Assembly (NCBI GenBank): GCA_040235515.1
Contig: JBECKX010000038.1
Span: forward strand, 1-13,042
Direction of reading: 5' to 3'
DNA length: 13,042 nt
DNA from: Candidatus Zixiibacteriota bacterium
GTDB lineage: Bacteria; Zixibacteria; MSB-5A5; CAIYYT01
The stretch's first letter is position 1, and each line of letters opens with the position of its first letter. This document shows positions 7,639 through 13,042 of the stretch, in pieces. The notes under the pieces are model-generated. The model had not been told where the DNA came from. It saw only the letters and a program-made list of their open reading frames with translations, and did not search any database. The position numbers and the translations under genes are program-made.

Positions 7639-9897
7639 TCAGTCACCAATATCCGCACACTCGACGGTTGCCAGCGCGGCCATTTCGACGATTTGATCCA
7701 CATCAAGCGAACGATGCAACACATGCACGGGACGCTTCATTCCCATCAGAATCGGCCCAAGCGCTTCCGCACCGCCGAGCTTCATCATCAGCTTGTAGGC
7801 GATATTGCCGGACTGCAGGTCGGGGAAGATCAGGACATTGGCGCGTTGCTGCAGTTTGCTGAAGGGGAAGGTTGGCTTGAGAATATTCTCATCGAGTGCC
7901 GTGTCGGCCTGCATTTCGCCATCAACGATCAAGTCGGGGTGATCGCGATGCATCAGCTCGACCGCCTTTTGAACGTTGGTCACAAGCGGGTGTTTGACCG
8001 AGCCGAAGTTCGAGAATGAGAGCATCGCCACGTGCGGATCGATGCCGAATCTGCGGGCGGTCTGGGCGCAGCAGAGCGTGATCTCCACGAGCTGTTCAGG
8101 TGTCGGGGAGATGTTGACGGTGGTATCGCCGAAGAAGAAGAGGCGATTCCTGATGATCAGTACCATCAATCCACTCACCACGGAAAGATCATCCCGCTTA
8201 CCGATAATCTCGAGGGCGGGTTTGATCGTGTCGGGGTAGTGCTGGGTCACGCCGGCAAGGAAGGCGTCGGCATCACCCATGTGAACCATCATCGCGCCAA
8301 AGTAGTTGGGATTCCGCATAAGGACCTTGGCATCATCCAGGGTGACACCCTTCTTGTGTCGCAGGCGAAACATCTCTTTGGTGTACTTGTCGAAACTTGC
8401 CGAGCTGCGGGGATGGATCAACTCAACCCCGGTCAGATCGACATCATTTTCTTCCGCGACCTGTTTCACGGTATCGAGATGACCGACAATGACCGGCTCG
8501 GCGAAGCCTTCGTCACGCACGATCATCGCCGCGCGCAGGATTTTGGCCGAGCTGCCTTCGGTAAAGACGATTCGACGCGGTGTGCGCTTAGCGCGATCGA
8601 TTAACATCGTGCGGATTTCACGACCCAGGCCGAGTCTGTGTTCGAGTTCAGACTTATATTTCTCGATATCGATCTCTTTGCGGGCTACGCCGGAAGCCAT
8701 AGCGGCCGCTGCGACCGCGGAAGCCTCCCAGATCAACACACGCGGATCAAACGGTTTCGGGATGATGTACTCGCGACTGAACTTGAAGCTGGAAACGCCG
8801 TAAGCGCGAGCTACGGAATCGGGCACGTTCTCCTTGGCCAGATTCGCCAGGGCCTTCACCGCCGCCACTTTCATTTCATCATTGATCGCGGTGGCGAAAA
8901 CGTCAAGTGCACCGCGGAAGATAAACGGGAAGCCAAGTACGTTGTTGACCTGGTTCGGGTAGTCGGAACGGCCGGTAGCCATGATCACATCCTTGCGTGC
9001 GGCCACGGCGTCGGGATAGGTGATTTCGGGGTCAGGATTGGCCATGGCGAAGATGATCGGATTATCGGCCATGGAGCGGACCATCTCCTGCGTCACCAGG
9101 TCTTTGACCGAGACGCCAACGAAAACATCGGCGCCCTTCATGGCATCGGCCAGCGTGTGGCAATCCGTTTTGCGCACGAACTGATGCTTATACTTGTTCT
9201 TTGACCAGTCGTCGCCACGACCTTCGTACATCACGCCTTTCGAATCAACCATCAATATGTTGTCCGGGTTGACTCCGAGCGCGATGTAGAGTTTGGCGCA
9301 GGCGATGCCCGCCGCGCCGGCGCCGGAATAGACAACTTTCACCTTATCGATATCTTTACCCGCCAACTCCAGTGCGTTGAGCAACGCGGCAGCGGAGATA
9401 ATCGCCGTGCCGTGCTGGTCGTCGTGGAATACCGGAATGTTGAGAGCTTTTTTCAACTCCTCTTCGATATAGAAGCACTCTGGTCCTTTGATATCTTCGA
9501 GGTTGATCCCGCCAAAGGTCGGTTCGAGCAGTTTGCAGGCTTTGATCACTTCATCGGGGTCTTCGGTCGCCAATTCGATATCGAACACGTCAATATCGGC
9601 GAAGCGTTTGAACAGCACACCCTTGCCTTCCATGACCGGTTTTCCGGCCAGGGCACCGATGTTACCGAGTCCCAGGACGGCGGTGCCGTTGGAGATAACC
9701 GCCACGAGGTTGCCTTTGGCTGTGTATAGGTAAGCATCTTCCGGGTTCTCGGCGATTTCCAGACAGGGGACTGCCACACCGGGGGTGTAGGCGAGCGAGA
9801 GATCGCGCTGCGTGACGCAGGGTTTGGTCGGAGAGACTTCGATTTTGCCACGTCGGCCCGATGAATGATATGCTAATGCTTCTTCGCGCTTAATCAC
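7639..9897 (-). CDS. maeB: NADP-dependent malic enzyme with fused phosphotransacetylase-like domain
   Basis: [74 protein letters not shown], then a PTA-like domain ([28 protein letters not shown]). GTG start with upstream GGAG; 752 aa. Confidence 0.96.
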   Translation of the reverse strand: MIKREEALAYHSSGRRGKIEVSPTKPCVTQRDLSLAYTPGVAVPCLEIAENPEDAYLYTAKGNLVAVISNGTAVLGLGNIGALAGKPVMEGKGVLFKRFADIDVFDIELATEDPDEVIKACKLLEPTFGGINLEDIKGPECFYIEEELKKALNIPVFHDDQHGTAIISAAALLNALELAGKDIDKVKVVYSGAGAAGIACAKLYIALGVNPDNILMVDSKGVMYEGRGDDWSKNKYKHQFVRKTDCHTLADAMKGADVFVGVSVKDLVTQEMVRSMADNPIIFAMANPDPEITYPDAVAARKDVIMATGRSDYPNQVNNVLGFPFIFRGALDVFATAINDEMKVAAVKALANLAKENVPDSVARAYGVSSFKFSREYIIPKPFDPRVLIWEASAVAAAAMASGVARKEIDIEKYKSELEHRLGLGREIRTMLIDRAKRTPRRIVFTEGSSAKILRAAMIVRDEGFAEPVIVGHLDTVKQVAEENDVDLTGVELIHPRSSASFDKYTKEMFRLRHKKGVTLDDAKVLMRNPNYFGAMMVHMGDADAFLAGVTQHYPDTIKPALEIIGKRDDLSVVSGLMVLIIRNRLFFFGDTTVNISPTPEQLVEITLCCAQTARRFGIDPHVAMLSFSNFGSVKHPLVTNVQKAVELMHRDHPDLIVDGEMQADTALDENILKPTFPFSKLQQRANVLIFPDLQSGNIAYKLMMKLGGAEALGPILMGMKRPVHVLHRSLDVDQIVEMAALATVECADIGD

Positions 9898-10031
9898 TGT
9901 TAAATTACTCCAGTTTCTGTCCCTGATAGGGGCTGTCTCATATGTTGTTCATATGGAACTCTCACAAAGCAGAAAAATATAGTGATTATCAGCTATGTTG
10001 TATAGTAAATTCGTTCCAATCGCGGGAATTT

Positions 10032-10049
10032 TCGTGATTTTTTTCACAA
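10032..10049. promoter_or_regulatory. Palindromic operator resembling a Rex or CRP/FNR-family site
   Basis: TCGTGATTTTTTTCACAA matches the Rex consensus TTGTGAAnnnnTTCACAA at 12 of 14 positions and the CRP consensus TGTGA-N6-TCACA at 9 of 10. It lies in the AT-rich spacer between maeB and iscA. Confidence 0.45.
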
Positions 10050-10118
10050 GGGTCGGCGCTGCGGCAGATGCGGCTCCGCGCTGTTCCTGCGAGCGTGGAG
10101 TTTGTGGCTCCTTATTGC

Positions 10119-10146
10119 TTGACAATTGCATAAATTCGCTTAAAAT
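10119..10146 (+). promoter_or_regulatory. Putative strong sigma70 promoter for the iscA-DUF2480-fdx-fnr unit
   Basis: TTGACA-N16-TAAAAT: perfect -35, and -10 matching 5 of 6. Confidence 0.65.
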
Positions 10147-10325
10147 CAGGGTGAAGCTGGTGAAATGAAGGGGCGAGGAGCCCTCCGATTAGCCCATCAC
10201 ACCGTGGAACTCTCTCGTATTTACTGCGTTAGAGAGAGGGAGCAGGGGTGAACCGATTCGCCGCAGACCGGCGGGCGAAGCGGAGAGGATTCACACGATT
10301 GGAAGATAAGGTCGATAGAGTTAGC

Positions 10326-10709
10326 ATGGACAATACCACCGAGAAGAACACACAAGAGTCTGGCCGCCAGAAGCTTAGCGCGCTGATTACCGTAACTCCC
10401 GCAGCTGTGACAGAGTTCAGGCGCCGTTTGCAGAGTGAAGCATCCGCGGGGGAGAAGATGCTCAGGATCAGTGTTGAGGCGGGGGGATGTTCCGGGCTGT
10501 CGTACGAGATGGGATTCGTTACGGAGCAGACGGAAAATGACCATGTATTCGATTTCGAGGGGCTGAAGGTCCTGGTTGACCGCAAGACGCTCCCTTACAT
10601 AAACGGACTGACCCTTGATTATTCTGCCAAGCTGGTTAATGGCGGGTTCCAGTTCTCGAATCCGGTAGCCAAGCGTTCCTGCGGCTGCGGCACATCATTC
10701 TCCGTGTAG
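10326..10709 (+). CDS. iscA: A-type Fe-S cluster carrier (IscA/SufA/ErpA, HesB family)
   Basis: ITVTPAA, LRISVEAGGCSGLSY, LDY, GGFQFSNP and CGCGTSF with the three conserved Cys. Start is ATG 10326 or GTG 10248 (the latter has GGAG 5 nt upstream). iscA versus erpA/sufA cannot be resolved by eye. Confidence 0.92.
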   Translation: MDNTTEKNTQESGRQKLSALITVTPAAVTEFRRRLQSEASAGEKMLRISVEAGGCSGLSYEMGFVTEQTENDHVFDFEGLKVLVDRKTLPYINGLTLDYSAKLVNGGFQFSNPVAKRSCGCGTSFSV

Positions 10710-10734
10710 GCCTCCCACCAGATTTCATTCGTAG

Positions 10735-10998
10735 ATGGAATTACTTGAGCTGAAAGATTTCTCGCGCGATGGTGTCTTTTTTGAGGACCATTTCGATGAG
10801 GTTTTTTCCGCCTATGACTGGGCGAGGTTCGACAATAAGGCGGTGCGGGTTTCGAACTGCGGGATGCACAATGTTCCCGGATGGGTTTACATGCAGATCG
10901 GGATTGAGCTTGCCAAACGGGCGCGAAAAGTTTTCTTTGGGGATTCGAATACGCCGAAACGCATTTTCAAGCGTTCCGAGATGACAGAGACAAGTTGA
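10735..10998 (+). CDS. Small DUF2480-like protein (87 aa, apparently a single-repeat form)
   Basis: LKDF..DGVFFEDHF...YDWARFDNKAVRVSNC...VPGWVYM...LAKRARKVFFG resembles, from memory, the DUF2480 pattern (DW..y....V...C....vP.WayM...L...akkv.fG). Tightly spaced between iscA and fdx. Confidence 0.7.
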   Translation: MELLELKDFSRDGVFFEDHFDEVFSAYDWARFDNKAVRVSNCGMHNVPGWVYMQIGIELAKRARKVFFGDSNTPKRIFKRSEMTETS

Positions 10999-11034
10999 TG
11001 AACAGGCTGGATGGTTTAACCTTAAGTTATCGCG

Positions 11035-11397
11035 ATGAGTTATAAAGTTACCTTTTTACCACAGAATATCACAGTAGAAGCCGAAGACGACGAGACGATT
11101 CTCGAGGTGGCTTTGGCCAATGACATTGAGCTTGAGCACAACTGCGGTGGCAACTGCTGCTGCACGACCTGTCATGTGATCGTTAAGGAAGGCTACGACA
11201 ACCTCTCCGAGATGGAAGAAGAGGAGGAGGACAGACTGGAGGAGTGCGCTGAACTCACGGCCACCAGTCGCCTCGGTTGCCAGTGTCGCATCACCGGCAA
11301 CGTAGCGGTAGAGATTCCGGAACGTGATCCATTCAAGCTGGATGGTCTCGAAGAGCTTGAGGGTTTCGGCGAAGAGTTGCTCAACTCTGACTCATAG
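11035..11397 (+). CDS. fdx: [2Fe-2S] ferredoxin, ISC/adrenodoxin type
   Basis: TILEVAL.NDIELEHNCGGNCCCTTCHV...EEEDRL...SRLGCQ: C-x5-C-x2-C...C spacing with the acidic partner-binding helix. Confidence 0.93.
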   Translation: MSYKVTFLPQNITVEAEDDETILEVALANDIELEHNCGGNCCCTTCHVIVKEGYDNLSEMEEEEEDRLEECAELTATSRLGCQCRITGNVAVEIPERDPFKLDGLEELEGFGEELLNSDS

Positions 11398-11491
11398 TTG
11401 TTTTCCCGGTCCTCCTCTCCGGGGTCGACCATAATCGCCGCTCCCACCGATTAAGAATCTGTACGGGAGTGCTCAAAGAAAGCTGTGACCC

Positions 11492-12484
11492 ATGAAGCAT
11501 ATCCACGACATCGCAGTAGTTGGCGCGGGCCCGGTGGGGCTCTATGCAACATTCCTGGCCGCCGAGAAGAACCTGAAACCGGTCGTAGTTGATGCCCTCT
11601 CCTATGTTGGCGGTCAGTTGACGGCGCTTTATCCCCAGAAATACATTTTCGATGTTGCCGGTTACCCGAAGGTGACCGCGGCGGCGCTGGTGGATGAACT
11701 GCACAAGCAGGTGCAGCAGCATGAGGTTCCGGTGATGACGAGATTCAAGGTCGTGAAGCTCGAACGTGAGCCGGGCGGGGAATACAAGTTGACTTCCGAA
11801 GATGGCCGTTATGTCCACGGCCGTTACGTGATGATTGCAGCCGGAGCCGGAATGATCGTTCCGCGCAAGCTGGAGATTGAGGATGCCGAGCGCTATCTGG
11901 GCAATGGGTTCGAGTACGTGGTCCATAATGTCGAGGAGTACCGCGATCAGCGAGTGCTGGTGATCGGCGGGGGTGACACGGCGCTCGATTGGGCGAATTT
12001 CTTTACCAATATCGCAAAGGAAGTGACGCTGATCCATCGGCGCAAGAAGTTCATCGGGTTTGAAGGATCGTTGCGCCGGCTGGAGAATTCCACGTGCAGG
12101 ATAATCACGGATGCAAAACTGATCTCGATCGATGGTCAGGATAAGGTAGAATCGGCCAGTTATGAGGTGAAGGGTGAGGAGAAGCCGGTTCAGCTGGGGG
12201 TAGATCGTATTCTCGGTTGTATCGGGTTCACGCCGAAGCTGGGATTTTTGAAGGAGCATGATTTCGAGATATCGGAGGGTTCGATCAAGGCTGATCAGTT
12301 TATGCGAACGAGCGTGGAGAATATCTACGCGGTGGGTGATATCTCCAACCACCCGGGGCGGATCAAGTTGATTTCAACCGGATTCGGTAATGTGCAGATC
12401 GCGATCAATCATATCCTTTCACAGCAAACAGAGATCTCTGCCGATATCGAGGAAGCATCTCTGGAAGAGAAGGTCGACAGGTAG
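11492..12484 (+). CDS. Ferredoxin-NADP+ reductase, thioredoxin-reductase-like (YumC type)
   Basis: VGAGPVG, GGQLTALYPQKYIFDVAGYP, GGGDTALDWA, TLIHRR, IYAVGDI, KLISTGFG. Lacks the CxxC of true TrxB; directly follows fdx. Confidence 0.88.
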   Translation: MKHIHDIAVVGAGPVGLYATFLAAEKNLKPVVVDALSYVGGQLTALYPQKYIFDVAGYPKVTAAALVDELHKQVQQHEVPVMTRFKVVKLEREPGGEYKLTSEDGRYVHGRYVMIAAGAGMIVPRKLEIEDAERYLGNGFEYVVHNVEEYRDQRVLVIGGGDTALDWANFFTNIAKEVTLIHRRKKFIGFEGSLRRLENSTCRIITDAKLISIDGQDKVESASYEVKGEEKPVQLGVDRILGCIGFTPKLGFLKEHDFEISEGSIKADQFMRTSVENIYAVGDISNHPGRIKLISTGFGNVQIAINHILSQQTEISADIEEASLEEKVDR

Positions 12485-12499
12485 CCGCAATCGGCCACA

Positions 12500-12527
12500 A
12501 GCCGGCTCAGCGGAATGCTGGCCGGTT
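12500..12527 (+). terminator. GC-rich hairpin after fnr, possible weak terminator or 3' stabilising stem
   Basis: AGCCGGC-T-CAGCG-GAA-TGCTG-GCCGGTT starts about 15 nt after the stop codon; there is no proper U-tract. Confidence 0.35.
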
Positions 12528-12568
12528 CCCGTCATATCCGCATCGGGTCAGGCTCAACGAAAAACAGG

Positions 12569-12597
12569 TTGGCACGTCCTGACTAAAGCGATATACT
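12569..12597 (+). promoter_or_regulatory. Putative sigma70 promoter for the downstream lipoprotein gene
   Basis: TTGGCA-N17-TATACT, each hexamer matching consensus at 5 of 6. Confidence 0.55.
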
Positions 12598-12697
12598 GCA
12601 AATCAGAGCACACAATACTCTGAGAGTAAGCGGATATCATTCATTTAGAAAAATTCTATAAACTTGTATGACCGTGCGAAGCGGTATTGATGGAGGA

Positions 12698-13042
12698 ATG
12701 ATGCTACACGTACGCCTGCCATTTATTCTGATTTCAATCGCAGCAGCCCTGGTGCTGGTCGTTATTGGTTGCAGCGATGATGATTGCCCCGTCTGTGAGA
12801 ACAGCCAGCCGCTGATTCAATTGAGTGCACATAAAGTTGATTTCGGGGGCGCGTCGACGTCGGCATCGTTCGTGATCTCGAACAGCGGCGAGGGCAGTTT
12901 GCCGTGGGATCTCGAACTGGATTATCGTACCGGCACCGCCAAGCGTTCCTCCGCCGACCAGGGAGACTGGCTGACGCTTTCCGCGCAATCGGGGGAGGGT
13001 GACGCCACAATCATGCTGACGGCGGATCGTTCAGAATTGGTT
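12698..13042 (+). CDS. Lipoprotein with BACON-like Ig-fold domain, 3'-truncated; absent from the ORF track
   Basis: Manual translation: MMLHVRLPFILISIAAALVLVVIG-CSDDDCPVCENSQPLIQLSAHKVDFGGASTSASFVISNSGEGSLPW...DWLTLSAQSGEGDATIMLTADRSELV, open to the window end. GGAGG upstream, hydrophobic signal with lipobox VIG-C, BACON-like pattern (F.I.N.G.G.L.W...WL.....SG.G...I....DR). Start could be 12668, 12698 or 12701. Confidence 0.8.
   Translation, partial: MMLHVRLPFILISIAAALVLVVIGCSDDDCPVCENSQPLIQLSAHKVDFGGASTSASFVISNSGEGSLPWDLELDYRTGTAKRSSADQGDWLTLSAQSGEGDATIMLTADRSELV

Noticed and set aside
7632..9851. Several short ORFs within maeB, and likewise within the hem genes
   Set aside because: Alternate-frame artefacts of GC-biased codon usage inside confidently assigned genes.
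10150..10325. Known riboswitch, 6S RNA or IscR operator in the iscA leader
   Set aside because: Only fragmentary resemblance; the conserved cores could not be found by eye. Kept only as an unclassified structured leader.
11381..12352. 323-aa antisense ORF opposite fnr
   Set aside because: Antisense shadow of a well-conserved gene; no motifs.
11492..12484. Thioredoxin reductase (trxB) call
   Set aside because: No redox-active CxxC; the LYP.K.I.DV.G and DWA motifs indicate the FNR subfamily.
12734..13010. Two minus-strand ORFs at the window end
   Set aside because: Antisense to the + strand lipoprotein, which has an SD, signal peptide and domain pattern.
1..13042. CRISPR arrays, IS/transposase/integrase genes, tRNA/rRNA, tandem repeats
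   Set aside because: None seen; nearly all sequence is accounted for by intact metabolic CDSs and short spacers.

Overview
Bacterial chromosomal window, moderately GC-rich, with no mobile element, CRISPR array or RNA gene recognised. (1) 3' part of a heme biosynthesis operon on +: hemL (5'-truncated), hemE, hemN, hemH, hemY, with residues pointing to the protoporphyrin-dependent route. (2) An NfsA/Frp-family flavin reductase (-) abutting hemY convergently, transcribed divergently from a stand-alone DUF2156/MprF-C-terminal-like aminoacyl-tRNA-dependent transferase (+). (3) Hybrid NADP-malic enzyme maeB (-). (4) Divergent from maeB, behind a near-consensus sigma70 promoter and a long structured leader, a four-gene Fe-S/electron-transfer unit: A-type carrier (IscA/ErpA), half-length DUF2480-like protein, ISC-type [2Fe-2S] ferredoxin, TrxB-like (YumC-type) ferredoxin-NADP+ reductase. 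(5) The start of a BACON-like lipoprotein that the ORF track missed. The best candidates for something undescribed are the iscA-DUF2480-fdx-fnr module (no scaffold or desulfurase in it) and the orphan DUF2156 transferase. All family calls come from motif recognition by eye; no database search was run.
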